Source: Tubulanus polymorphus
Lineage: Eukaryota > Animalia > Nemertea
Reading direction: 5' to 3'
Assembly: GCF_964204645.1 (NCBI RefSeq)
Contig: NC_134028.1
Span: forward strand, 22,316,345-22,380,344
Length of the DNA stretch: 64,000 bases
The notes under the pieces were generated by a model. That model saw only the letters and a list, made by a program, of their open reading frames with translations, ran no database searches and was not told the origin of the DNA. This document shows, piece by piece, positions 22,758-36,009 of this stretch (position 1 is its first letter; every line of letters starts with the position of its first letter). The position numbers and the translations under genes were made by a program.

Positions 22758-24077
22758 TGATTTCAATATTTTCTTGGTCAATGAAGTTTTGAGTCGTTTT
22801 TAATGCTTTCCATTTCTGAATACAAGGCCTATCATAATACGGTGTTTTGAACGTTAATGGGTTTCGTATACAAACGTAAGAAATCGTGCTAACCAGTGGA
22901 CTAATAGAACTTATTGCTAATTCCTTATAATGTCCTTTGGACCTGTATTTATTTTGTATCTACTTCGATGACTTGATGATTTATTTGTATCAGATTTTAA
23001 TAGAACTGGTCCCTTTGATGGAGTCTATTCCTCAAATATAGGTTTGAGTGAAAAACAAGAAAATTAATTTGAAAGTTTGTCGATGCCTTGAAGAAAAAAT
23101 GACGCATATGTGTATCAAGGATCGATTAATTTATTTTGAATTTGAATATATCCCCAGTTGAATTGAACGGACCGGCAACCCCAATAATGATGACGTAGTG
23201 CACATCTACTCAAAATTCATTATAAAAAGATATGAAAATTTATTGAATGGAAAAGAACAGTCAAGAAAGGATATGTTCAATATGTACCGCATTTTTAACA
23301 GTTATTCTGAAACGCCAATATCGATGACGTAGTGCACATCGACTCACACAGAACCTCTCAAATAACGCATGTCGTTATCAATGTATATAGACATGATTGT
23401 AACGGTTTATACGGCGTCAATTGCATATCTTTCAATTTGAAATTTTATATATTCGAGGAGGACACCCCGACCCCTTAACAATTGGTTATAGAGCTTGATG
23501 TTGTATTTGCTTAACGCAACTAAATGGCCTGTCCGTACGAAAAGGTCGAAATCAATTAATAATTACCTGACGCGAATGTGATGCCGATCATTAATGACAC
23601 AACCCACGAGGTTTCCCCTTTACCGGTTCCGAAATATTCGTTAAGCTCCATGATTATAATTCCGAACGAATACGTGATCCCATCGGCGATCACGTGTATG
23701 ATAAACGAACCCATCACCACCCACCAACCCCAACCGCCATCGATATCCGGATTGTTTTCCCGTTCGATCATCCATGCCGGCTTCGACTTGCGATCGTCGT
23801 CGTCGTTTTCTTGCTTTTCGCAATCGAAGAAATCATCCGGGGTCGATTTCGCGAGCGAGTCCTTTTCGGTGGGACTCGTAGCCGCCGTGCCGTTGGTGCC
23901 GTAAGCTTGCGGTTGCTGATCGGTGGTCGTCAGCGGTTCCGCGTCGCTCTTCCGGTTTACGCCGTGGTCTCTAGTTGCCGAGTTTTTACCTTTCGCTCTG
24001 GAGAAGATGTTGAACGTCGAATTGACCGAATCGGTGTCAGTATCATCCGCCACGATATCTTTCTTTCTACCGTGCAT
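18240..24077 (-). CDS. Monocarboxylate transporter (SLC16/MCT family, MFS; MCT12/14-like)
   Basis: Exons (minus): 23567-24077 (acceptor at 24098, likely ATG 24077; DGGWGWWVV signature), 21648-21791 (GPAASIMTNIFGCR), 19818-20897 (YFEKKRSLAMGVAVCGSGMG, WRG, large central loop, GRLLFGFIAD), 19333-19458 (DLIGLDKLTSSFG...GPPIAG), 18240-18745 (GWTFDGTNSY, TM12, tail). All introns are GT-AG and phase 1. Confidence 0.93.
19014..19085. repeat. Short palindromic element, copy 2
   Basis: AGCTGTATGGACTATACTGATACTCATTATCAGGCATACTCTATGCCTGATAATGGGTATTAGTATA, matching 10099-10160. Confidence 0.8.
22230..22410. repeat. Degenerate fold-back/MITE-like element in the MCT intron
   Basis: GATAAAAAAGCCAC...AAAACGTTTAT mirrored by ATAAACGTTTT...GCGGCTTTTTTTATC. 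Confidence 0.45.
22726..22754. repeat. (TA)n microsatellite
   Basis: Direct observation. Confidence 0.9.
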
Positions 24078-25299
24078 AGTGGTCGGATTGCTAGAAACCT
24101 GGAAGAAAGGCAATTTAAAGATTATTTCTCTCATAATATCCACGATCATCACTATTAATGAGGACTCTCGTACTTTCGACTACAGCAATCGAGCTTTAAG
24201 TGTCAATGAAGTATTCAGAGATACTCAAGGCCTTTTTTATAACTTGGTTTACGGGAACCACCTCTTAAATTTGAATAAAAGTCAAATACAAATTTAAATT
24301 TCAAAAGTTTTATTATTTTCTTTATTACCGTCGCGGGAACGAAATTGGCGAAAAAAAATGAGCAAAAACACACACACACACACAATTTTTTTAAAAATTA
24401 TTTCGCCACCGCCGAATGAGAACCGAATGATGAACAAAATTGAAAAAAAGCGAGTTTTTTTATTGATCGCAGTGCGCAGAATTCGAACTTTCCGAGAATC
24501 ATTTGTTTCGACATATGTATTCTGCCCTATCGACAGATCCCTCTTCCTTCAAAAAGTGATTTCATCTCACTAAGGGAATTTTTCAAAATTTTATTTCCTC
24601 CTCCGAAATGATATTTCATTAGGTCTACCCCGCAAACCAAGCTATTATAAACAGGACCCAGTATATGACAGTCGTGAGCTAGAGATAAAATTGGTTCATT
24701 TTCAACTTGTCAACTCACGAGTCAAACATAAGCTCACAACTATAAACAAAAATACACCCGCTTTATGTATAACTGACAAAATTCAAAACGTTCTCGGTGA
24801 TTATTTGCCTCACCGTCAGTACAACTCTTATCGACGACAACCGATGTTGTAATTAGCACTGACATGAATGTTACCCGGGAAATGTTTTGTTTCTCGGAAG
24901 TGGGGATAATCGGAATGTCTACGCAGCGAAAATCGGTTTTCTGTCACTGTTATAACATCGAGTAGAGACCTGACTCACACGACTTTACCTTCCGATTTAA
25001 CCAGACTTAAACGACTTTACCTTCAATTCCCATTACATAGACTACAATTATAGAACTTTTTTCTAGAATTCCGATTCGTTCGTATATAAACTTTGTGGCT
25101 AGGCCCACCTACGCCCAGCGTTAACTGATCCGTGGACTACACATTGGTCATCTACTCTGGCTACCAATTAAACTAAGGATTGGATTTAAACTGCTAACAT
25201 GGATTAGTTCCTGATTATGTCTACAAAGTTCTCCCAAAATATTTACCCGCTTATCAACTTAGATCTGGATCGGATAATTTGCGTATTATTATACCAAAC

Positions 25300-25512
25300 T
25301 ATAGACTTAGCACCTTTGGTGGATGGTCCTTCACATGTCTTGGAAATCATCATCCTTTGGAATACTGTACCTAAAGTATTCGTCTTGAACTCGATCTCGG
25401 TAAATCCAAAAGACAAAATCCAGAAAACTTACCTGTTTACTGGATTGCTTTAAAGCGCCTTAGAACATTGAATCAGAGAAAGTGGCGCTACAAATAGTAT
25501 ATTTCATCATCA
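25300..25512 (+). mobile_element. LINE (L2/CR1 group) 3' end relic
   Basis: Degenerate TFG..SF...LWNTVP...KTYLF ORF2 C-terminus followed by TAAAGCGCCTTAGA...GGCGCTACAAAT and a short (CAT)n tail. Confidence 0.6.
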
Positions 25513-26801
25513 TCCGATCGATTCTAGATTTGGTTTGATTATTTCGTCATACTTCTGCTGAACACGCCAGCATCGCCTGCATTGTATAAACATCGTGTAA
25601 TATATTCAAATAACGAACTTCGTCTGATATCGTATCAGGCGGCAATTTCACAATCCTCGCAACGCGTAACGCGATCTCGACGTCGCTTTTCTAAGTGTCA
25701 CTTCTACGTCGTATACGAGTTGAGGAAAAAAACTAATTGAAACCGCTAGAAAATCCTGAGAATAAGACGCCCGGTTCTTATCCTGCATCTAGAACACGAG
25801 TTTTTGCTTTATTACGTAATGCTATATTGAAAGAAATCTTCTCGCTTGGTTCGTACACACGCGCACACAACATGTCTATCGCGCGTTGAATAAAGTAATA
25901 TTGAGTTTAAAAAATACAACGAAAGCATCTGCGGCGTTACCTTAGTGAACGAACGAACTCTCGCCGTCTCTCGGTGAAATACGAAATTAGCCCTCTCTAA
26001 TGTGTATGGTGGTTGATAAGGGCCATAACGTAACATTCCTTCTATGCAAGGCGTGTGTACCAGAACGCCAGAACGCCAACACGAAAAAAATATTGAATTT
26101 CTTTTTTAAAAGTCTCTTTATTTCCGTTTTGATGCACCGCCAGAAATCAAAGTTTCACTGTGGCGCCCCCACCAAAACAAAAACAACGAAAACGTCAATT
26201 TTTTTTCCAGAATACGTTTTGGTGCGCCAATCGGACTGTTTAAAGGAAATTCAACATTTTCTCTTTCGTTTTGGGGTTTTAGCGCTCTAGCGCCTACATT
26301 TGCATACCAGGAATTTCACGTTATGGCCAGAATCAGCCAGCACGAATGTATATTATGCGTATCGGTCTCTATCCTTGAGGCACTATGATTAGCGTAATGG
26401 GGAACAGGCGAGGCTACTGCGGCAATGTAGTATCGGCTAGGTTCATTCCTTTCCTAGAATAATAAAACATATATACTAAATGCCACAAGGGACCGAGAAT
26501 GCCAGTTTATACGTATCGTTAGTTTTGATTTTAGGGGCATCATCATCTAGCGGTATACTTTCGTTGCAACATGCACTTCGATGTCCCATACTGTGCCTGG
26601 TGCAGGGTTCATTAGACTGCAGTTAATGACCGGCTCCACGGTTTCTGGATGACCCTCTAATTCATTTTCGATGAGTGAATTTTACAGGCGAATCTTTCAA
26701 ACTCGCAACTGTAGCACTAGGTGGTACTGTATGAATCAGTCTACTCGGTAATAGTCGTCATTTTTACTATCGATAAACCTACGTAACTATGTTACGTATA
26801 A

Positions 26802-27075
26802 ATTCATGGCATTATTTTGTCATTATTGGTAATGATCGAGTGAAGCAAATTTCACTTGACCTGCGGAGACCTCATAATATCACTAGTGGCAGAATCCTCC
26901 AGGTGTCGCCAGTATACGATACGGCATTTCTTCCTTGACTTCTGGAATTCTATGGCGTAGAAAAATCGCGCCAAATATGTAGCACGAACTCTAACGATTA
27001 GTCCTAGTTGAGCTTGATTGAAATCAGAGTTTATTGAAAATGAACTACTTTTGATCGGGTACGTCTGATACTTAA
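26802..27075 (+). repeat. Left arm of a ~275-bp inverted repeat pair
   Basis: Near-identical reverse complement of 30147-30424. Confidence 0.92.
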
Positions 27076-27715
27076 GTGACGCCACCTGACGGGAAAGCTG
27101 GTGTGCATGTACCCGCGATTATGCAGTAACCAATTTCCATCGATCTAAATTCATTGGATCAAATAGCAAAAATTACTGACACCTTGTAGGCACGTTTCTT
27201 TTCGAAAAGAACATGTTTTGTGGGTTAAAAAGTGCGGTAAAAATATGGAGCGTGGAATATTCTTATTAGGGATAATATGATGAAAACTGATCCTAAAGCG
27301 GCGAAGTAATTATTCATGCAGCAGCGCGGCGGCGGCTGCGATCGATATCTGAAGTCGTTCTCATATCTTCCTAAACGCCGAGTTGCGATACATAGCTCCG
27401 GCGCGCGCGCTCCTCTATCGTGGCTACTTCATAACCCATACGTGTTTGTATACGAAAGTGTATGTGATGTATATCCGGGTGACTGAGTGACAACTCGCCC
27501 TCCTGCTGGTTCCGCGTATCAAAATAATCCCATTTCTCGATTTATAGACATTCAGATGCGATTGTACGTACCAATAATGCGACTCCGCAGTCGACTGTGG
27601 CATTCGAGGATTCCTCTTGTGGCAAGCGATGGTCCACTAGGCGGATTTCAAAGATTCAATCTACCAAAAATCTTTCAAATTCTTTATAGATTCTGCACTG
27701 TTTACGAACCAGGGA

Positions 27716-27849
27716 CCGGTTGCTCAGTTGCGGCTAAGACTTAAGACCAGTCTAAGACCAACTTAGTTCTATAGCCAATCTGACAACTTAAGTGGTCTTA
27801 AGATTTAAGACCACTTTTGGACTTAAGCCACAAATGTGTAACTGGCCCC
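27716..27849. mobile_element. MITE (Harbinger-like), same family as 62341-62480
   Basis: Diverged reverse-orientation copy, ending ...TGTGTAACTGGCCCC-TG. Confidence 0.75.
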
Positions 27850-28194
27850 TGGGTTTATTTAGATGTGCCTCATTTTTAATGTGGGGAGGCTAGAATTCTA
27901 GATGGAATAAATTGAAAATGAACGGAATTCATATCGAGTGTTCTATTTCTATTTCCCCATTCCCAATAGAAGCGAACGGAATCTCGCTTATCGATGGATT
28001 CGTCTATTTGATACTTGAATGTTTTCTGGGGCTCGAACCTAAGCACAAGTCACACAATAATGCAAATTTCATCTAGATGTATTTCATTTTGATTATGCAA
28101 ATCTTGGTCGAATCACTTCAAAAGCAATGGCGAACTAGTTTGAAGTTCGGCGACCTCGTAACCCAGCGAAAATAAACTCCGATGATTGAATTCA

Positions 28195-28534
28195 AGCTAT
28201 CCCGCCAGACGGCGTGACGAGCAGTAGGTCGTCCGGTGTCGAATTTAGTTAATTTCCAATGAACTTTAAACTGGATTTTTCGACTTCCCAATTCATGCAT
28301 CTATTACCACAGAGCCCACCAAATATACAATACCATCATTCTTCTATTCGGATATCGGTGTAGGTAGGCCCTATATGAATAATCGATTCATTTAAGAGAG
28401 AAGTTCATTCAGATTTTCTTGAAATGTTGAAGAAATCGAACGCGCACGACCAACTATCTGCTGGCAAACCTGGCGGATTCTCGCCTGCCATACGCGGAAT
28501 CCTCGATTGCCACAGTAGCACTGCGGGTACCCCA
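28195..28534 (+). repeat. Interspersed repeat; inverted diverged copy at 59582-59897
   Basis: Collinear reverse-complement match, e.g. GCAAACCTGGCGGAT...GTAGCACTGCGGGTACCCCA vs TGGGGTACCCGCAGTGCTAC...ATCCGCCAGGTTTGC. Confidence 0.8.
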
Positions 28535-29453
28535 ATTTATTCATTTGCCATTTTCCAGGAATTGACTGCGCTGTATCAGAATCTGTTAAAAAAAATCTGA
28601 CACATTTATTACGTAAAACGAGTTATTTATTTAGTAAAATAACATCCAACACGAGTCAAGTGTTGCCGCCGTTGTTCCTAGCGAGAATAATAATTATGAG
28701 TCAGACAGCAGGAAGATGTAATGATATACGGCGCATCCACGATCATTGAATTGCTACTGCTGCTGCTGCTGCCAGTTTCTATAAAACAGTTACTTGTCGC
28801 ATTTACGCTATTAGAATATTTCAACCTGTCACTAATAATCCAACAGAATTGGGGTTCACCCCGCCAGTATCAAGGCCAGCTTATAACGGGCTGCAGCGGC
28901 TGATGCAACTGGGAGGAAACGAGATCGTAGGCCAGCAACCGAGAATAGCGGAGTCTACTGTAACAATTCCTACCGTGGTTCGAAGATCTGGCCAAAGGTG
29001 GGGGGCTCCGATTTTTGTCAGTAGTTTAGATGACCGTCAAAAATACAGGAAAATCGAAACAGTGTAAATATTGTAAGAACGAACCCGGCAACTTTACCCA
29101 CACAGGTAATTTCATTCGACTTGATCAGGGGAACCTAGTACAGAGTTTTTTGACAGAGGAAAAAAATAGGGTATCACCCTAAAAAGCATTATTTACCGAA
29201 TCGTTCGCTACCTTGTTGGCAACACTTTCAAAAACCATCTTACATCCAAAACATTTCGGGTCAATGACCTCATAAACATGTCTTATTTCTAAGGATGTAA
29301 GTCAGGTTTTTACCTTTTGTGTTTCTATAGATAGCTCTAAAATTTCCGCATTATCGGGAACCATTATCAGAGTAAGTTAATCACTCTATCGGCTATTGTG
29401 TAATCATGAAGCCATTACGGGAGTTTTTCCTAAGCGGTAGCCGCGGTATAGGC

Positions 29454-29478
29454 GAGAGAGAGAGAGAGAGAGAGAGAG
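29454..29478. repeat. (GA)n microsatellite
   Basis: Direct observation. Confidence 0.9.
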
Positions 29479-30146
29479 AACGCCAGTAAGTAAATCGGTT
29501 TTATTATCGTAGCCCAATTTCTTTTTTCGTGTTTTATTTATAAATCGTATCGTACATAACAAACACGTGTTTATTAAACGCATTAACCACAATGAAATAG
29601 AGCTCTTCATAATGCGATTTCTTTTCCTAATCCGCTATCGTGTTCGCACGCTGTTTGAAATTCAATTCGCGGTGGTTTTTATTTTTCAATTTAGACTCTC
29701 TCTACCTATCGCGCGCGGATATATTTACACGTTAAGTGGCTACGTGCCAGTAATAATTCAATCGGATACGTAAATTAGAAGGTAATGCGGCAAATGATGG
29801 GTCGACTCTCACTCTCGCCTATGTCGAGTAGGACATTAATCCGTGAAAAATGAGGTTGGTAGTGAAAAGTAGCATTGAATGTTTAGGAAAGTAAGTTAAA
29901 ATCGACACTTAGATGGTTGCACCTCACGCCATGGGCTGTCAGGGCCGGGGTCCAGTTCTACAGTTAATGAAGTGGTTTTTATCATTACTCATCCAGCAGC
30001 CAGAAAAATTCCACAACAGAATTGCTTCTAAACAATCAACATGCCAAGCCATTTCTAGAAAAAATACAAAGGATAGATGTTCTACAATCGGGAATAGCCT
30101 ATAATGAAAAATCTCCATTGTTCGAAATCGTAGAGTTCTAGAATAA

Positions 30147-30424
30147 TTAAGTATCAGACGAACCCGATCAAAAGTAGTTCATTTTCAATAAACTCTGATT
30201 TCAATCAAGCTCAACTAGGACTAATCGTTAGAGTTCGTGCTACATATTTGGCGCGATTTTTCTACGCCATAGAATTCCAGAAGTCAAGGAAGAAATCCAT
30301 GCCATATCGTATACTGGCGACACCTGGAGGATTCTGCCACTAGTGTTATTATGAGGTCTCCGCAGGTCAAGTGAAATTTGCTTCACTCGATCATTACCAA
30401 TAATGACAAAATAACGCCATGAAT
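30147..30424 (-). repeat. Right arm of the ~275-bp inverted repeat pair
   Basis: Reverse complement of 26802-27075 with a few substitutions and one 4-bp indel. Confidence 0.92.
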
Positions 30425-33400
30425 ATATCTCAAATAAGGAAAATGATCCATTAATTAAAAACAATGAATCATAATAAACGTAGTGCAGTAAAGATGGAAA
30501 ACTTACAGAACGGTTGAGACTTTAATGTATGATACAATCGAGGAAAAAATCAGCCACACGTCAGATCAGAAGACTGTATATCAACTGGATGGGCGATGAC
30601 CGGAAGTATACACCAACAAATTATACTTTAACCAATGATAGCAATGATATTAAAATAGGCGTTACAAATTGAAAATCTAAAATGACTATTGAAATGGCTT
30701 TTGATAACAAAAATTTGTTAACCGATTGCATAACCATCTGCAATACGTATCTTTCCTTCTATGGTCTAACTTTACCCGACAAACTGCGGAACTGGATCCA
30801 GATGCTCCAATCTATGGATAAAACGGCTCAAAGAATACACGGAGCCATATAGATTTTGAGAACAAGGTTCCCAGACCAGTGGGCTAAATCTGCAAATACT
30901 TGAATTTATATTTTTTACACCGAAGAATTTCCGAGACGCAATGGAACAGAGAATTCTAATGCGATTACTACATTACCGGCTTTGTTATAAATCGATTTAC
31001 GAACGAGGGTTTACGGTTTCATGAAATCATTGACTATCGTCGTCGCATTTCTAATCGATGACGTATCACCCCGTGTAGAGGAGGAGTTTTTTTCGAACGG
31101 GCACAAAAACAAGGTCACGTATGGTCAATATTTCCTTAACCTACTTTTTGCACCACTCACAACTTTGGAGTTTCACAAGATCGAAAACTGGGTCAAATGC
31201 GCCTCCGAGGTCGACGAACTGTATCGCAAACGTCACGAACCGGTTGCGCGCGCACTTTTGCAGACAGACTAAATTTGAGAATCTTATTACGACTTATTTA
31301 ACGAAATATTCGAAATATCTTCGAATCCATTGCGGGATGATTTTTAATGAACATACAAAAACAAATAAATGAATAAACACTTAACAAAAGGGTGTCAAGA
31401 AACTTTCGAGTCATATACTATAATTTCGATTCGGTGGAATTGATATGCGTAGGGCGAGTAGAATTTAAGTAGTTATTAAGGCCCTCACCGGGAACTCGAA
31501 AAATTAACGGCACGCCACATCACCCGATACTAATTCAAATATCCACCGTCTAAATTCGTTTAAATATCGTTGTATACGTTTTAGCAGAAAGCTTGCTCTT
31601 GTATTTTAGTCGCGGTCAAAAACAGCACCCGAACCACTTTACTAATACCACCATCGAAACTTCCAAGAATCAATAGGAAAACTCCATTTTTGTAAACGAA
31701 ATCAAATGAATCTCCACACTTTTGCGTTAATTTTCAAACTCTAATTCCACCCACTGTTTGATATATGTATGTAATACATATTGAGTTAAACGCCTACAAC
31801 TACTCATCGATATTCGACACCATTATGTTATACATACTTGCCGTCTGGCCGTCATGCTGACGTGGACGAATTGAACATGAAAATGTGCGAGTTAAATTCG
31901 CACGATAGGAAAAAAATCAGTCGATATCACCTTAAGACCAATTGAACAAAAAATTCAGGAAAATTTTTGAAAATAAATTAACCATTGATTAATGTAATGA
32001 AATGTAAATAATGAAATGCAACGAAAATTCGTGTAATAATCGAAAACAGCATGATATGTCATTTTTGGAATAAATATGTTTTCAGAAATTAAATGAGAAT
32101 TCCTAGTATTTCGATCAAAAATATTAGGTTCGCACACAAAAATACAGCTTGTATATGGAGATTGTGTATTGGATTTCGATCTAATTTATTTTCATATCGA
32201 AACAATTTAAACTTAACCTACCGATTAATAATGATTTAGAACGATAATCTGCGTTAATCATCCATAGCTGAAATTCTGCATAATCCACGCTGCTCCGTGC
32301 GAATAGGTACGTCCCGTTATCGCCATACAACGCGGTCAAATCTCGTACGAGCAATTTTTCCCGTTTTGCGAGTATCAATACGCATTAAAAATATCAGTTG
32401 CGTGGGCTGAAGATGCCTATCTCTATACGGAACTATTTTCGATGACTCAAATCCAATTTTTTTCGTGGAAAGTATCCCCGATACCTTCCCGCACTATTCA
32501 TCGAAGATACAATATGTTATTATTACGTATACACGGGCGATGTGAAACTCACTCGTCGAAGCATTGATCGAGAACGACACGAAATTGTGTTAAGTGTTCA
32601 GAGCAGCTTCGGCGGCAATATGCAACGCAGCGCAAATGGCTTCATACTTGACACCTTAGAATATTTTATATTTTACAGCTAAACAGATGAAATAGCGAGT
32701 GTAATTAAGATCCGCAGTATAGTTTAGACTTTTCTCTAACGCGGATTTGGAAAGAAAAATTGAGAAAAGAAGCGAAAATTAGAAATTTTTTCAAAGTGTT
32801 TTTATCACGGTCTCAGCTTACCCTTTACATTTTAGAATCCCAACCCTAAACTTTGATGTCCAATCTTTTCTACAGAAACATAGTAGTTATCATCTATTCG
32901 CATCATAACAATCGCTTTTAGAAAAAATTGCAAAAAAGTGATGGAGGAAAAAGACATATCTTCGATGTTTTTTTCGTGGAATTCGGTACTCTAAAAAGGC
33001 CTTGATATGAAATTGAAAGATGCTTCTTAGATTCTTTCTATCACAAAATAGAAAAATCGCCTTTCGTTCGAACGGTAAAAATTCTATTTCATCGAAAGCT
33101 ATATTTTTTTCCGCTTTTTCTCCCACACCCAATCAACACCTTTTTAATATTATAAATGTTCTCTTTCGGTTATAGGGTGAACCGGTGCATAACGTTTCAG
33201 TTCACGAAGGCACAAACACACATGTATACGTACGTGCTCGGCATTTGTTCAATTACCGATAGACGTATTAGATCGTCAAACAAATGAAAAAAAATATATA
33301 TAGTAGAGTATCATTGTACCGCGTTTGAGATAAAATCGAAAGTTGTGTAATGTAAATACAATATTGCGCTCGTCAATACGTAATTACTAGTATAATGAAT

Positions 33401-33878
33401 ATGTTGAAATAAAAACGTGTGCTTTTTAAGGATGATATCTGACGTGAGTTTCGTGGCGATGTCGGAGGGTTGTTTGGTGCAGAATAAGTCAGTATACGCA
33501 CGGGAGACGAGGGACCTCGTTATGCCGGCGTTCGTTCTGTTGTCTTTCTCATTCAAATTCATTATATAAAGGAGAATGTCTTATTTTTGAAGCGGTGATC
33601 ACACCAAGTTGTAAGATCCTGAAAACTATGAGAAACGAGTCCGAAATGCTTCGTGAGCTAGTGTATATTCAAACGTTTTTGACTTTATCCTAACGTTCAT
33701 CTTCAAGAAAACTAGTGTTATAGCAAGATTATGAGATATACACTTTAAGTAGAGAACAAAAGACAAATTAGGCAATCAAATATCTGATATAAACTAAGGG
33801 AAATTTACAACCTGAACATAATCAATAATCGTATCGTCGTCACAGCAAATCTCTAAAATTACTCGCGAGAGAGCACCT

Positions 33879-33956
33879 GCTCGGTAGCTCAGCGGTAGAA
33901 GGAGTGGATGCTGTTGCATTCCCTAGCGACAAGTGGGTTCGAGTCCTGCTAGCTGC
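33879..33956 (+). mobile_element. tRNA-derived SINE head or tRNA pseudogene
   Basis: A-box GGTAGCTCAGCGGTAG and B-box GGGTTCGAGTCC; the anticodon arm is not canonical. Confidence 0.55.
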
Positions 33957-35552
33957 TTACAGTGTGCGGGCAACACTACATAGGCCGTATAATCCTGTGT
34001 CGAATGATCCAGTTACGTACGTCAGTCTGGGAAAACAAAGATACAAACAACGTAACTGATAACAAACAAACAAGCCTGATCGTTCCGCGCGCGAAGCTGC
34101 TTCAGAAACGCGAACACAGGGAAGCGAGGATGCTGTTAGACTGTTTGAACAACGACAGATGGCGAGAGGAATATCGCATTCCCTCCACACCTACCAAACC
34201 TAATCATATACGGCCATTGACATATTTATATATACTAACAACCAGGAAACCTGATTGTGCTTGAAATATCTAATATGAATAGAAACGTTCACACAGATGA
34301 CGTGTCAGGGAAATTGATGCGGGTTATTTAGCATTAATTGAAATGTATACAGGATACGCTACAGAATCTTTCATCGAGTTCAGAATCACGGGGAAATTTC
34401 ACATTTAATTAGGTTTTGTCGAACAACAGCTTCGCTTTGATGAAACCTCAGCTTTATATTAGAACATGTATCCCTTATGTGTCATTGTTAAAAAATTGTT
34501 GAAATTCATTTCTCAAATAAGCGATAATTAATGATGATCGTAAGAACCACAAAAAGAACATTGAGTCTGAATTTCAAAAGAACAAAATGGTTGTGATTCT
34601 GTTTTTATCTCATCAGTAACAGCTGATGAGTGACCCAATTCTCATGTGTATACACTGCACTCAAATATGCAAAATATGAAATCATATTACATTAAATAGT
34701 ATTTATTGATACATTTAAAAATTAACCACGCAAAATCGCAACAGATATGGACAGTGGTGATAGAAAATTGAGACTATTATCAATTTCAACACGTATACAG
34801 AAAGGAACCTTCTTACAAATTCAAAGATTCAATTCAAAGGTCTTTAGCGAGAAACGTAATGTTATGAGATAAATGCTTTGATTTAAATCATGAACGCGTG
34901 GGAATGGATATTACTGCCGCGTGCTGCAGAGTAGTGAGGTGGTCTGGATGTCAATCAAGATCTCTTGAAAACACCTGTGATCCACAAAGCCTTTCCTGGA
35001 TATCTATAGTGGGTACGTATTATCGTGTATATATTTAATTGGTCACGTACGATTGAAGTTATTATATACATGTATTTTGTACAGTTTCCATCAAACACTT
35101 CCTCGTTCAGGTAATAAAGCCCTTCAGTTATCTCGTGGACTTTAGATAAAACGAATTCGTTCTGGAGTCCATGCGTTATTCGACTCCGCCAGTTTCTCGG
35201 TTGCAGCGGCGTTCACGCCAGATGGAGATCTCATCAACGTTTCCAGCGTTCAGTTACTTTACACGCGCATCATACACCACTCCTGCGTTATGTATGCCGA
35301 ACGTTGTTTTCTGTACTCGCCGGCCATAAACGTCATTGTCGTTGACAGCCATGGAAGCAATCGCAGCAGCGTTCAGTAACCCAGCCGTCGATAACGCTGC
35401 AATACGCCGATGATGCAACACTTAATATAACGTTACGCTGTGGACTAACAACGCTGGATAACAACAACTTCCTATACCGAACGACGACGTTGTTACAACG
35501 CGTGCGAAGCTGGCCCGGGAGGTTCTTCTCTCCCAAATTCTCCCAGCGCAGA

Positions 35553-36009
35553 ATGGGACCGGGCCAGGCTAGCACGTTGTTCTTACCTCCTTCGACCATC
35601 CATTTCATGACCTGCGAAAGGAATAACATGACTGCTGACAATCGCGACTTCGACGTGTTCGAGATCTCACGAAAAGTCATCGAAAACGGAGACTACCCGA
35701 AAGTGCAGATTGTCCAAAAAGACGGCAACTGGTTCACGCTGAACAATCTACAACTAGAAGTGTGCCGCCGATTGGAACAGGACGGGTTATGCACGCAGGT
35801 TAAAGCGGATATCATACCGATATCAGAGATACCGGACGAACTTCGCAAAATGATGGTGCTACCTCAAAATCCGCCGCCCGTGTTATCGCCTGAAACCGAG
35901 ACCACGTCATCTTCACTGCCGCCGATTAGTAAACATCTCTCTTCCAGCACAAACGATACACCGGACAACAAAACTACTGAAATCCGTGGAGCTTCGGTGA
36001 ACACAACAG
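35553..36009 (+). CDS. Coding exon of an uncharacterised protein with a ParB/sulfiredoxin-like domain followed by a Pro/Ser/Thr-rich linker
   Basis: Within ORF 35490-36017. ATG at 35553 (MGPGQASTLFLPPSTIHFMTC...YPKVQIVQKDGNWFTLNNLQLEVCRRLEQDGLCTQVKADIIPISEIP), coding-like composition, donor AG/GTAGGT at 36009/36010. Downstream exons were not located. Confidence 0.65.

Noticed and set aside
18305-24297. Multiple overlapping plus-strand and alternate-frame ORFs over MCT exons
   Set aside because: Shadows of GC-rich coding exons on the minus strand.
31021-31372. 83-aa plus-strand ORFs
   Set aside because: No domain signal or supporting splice structure.
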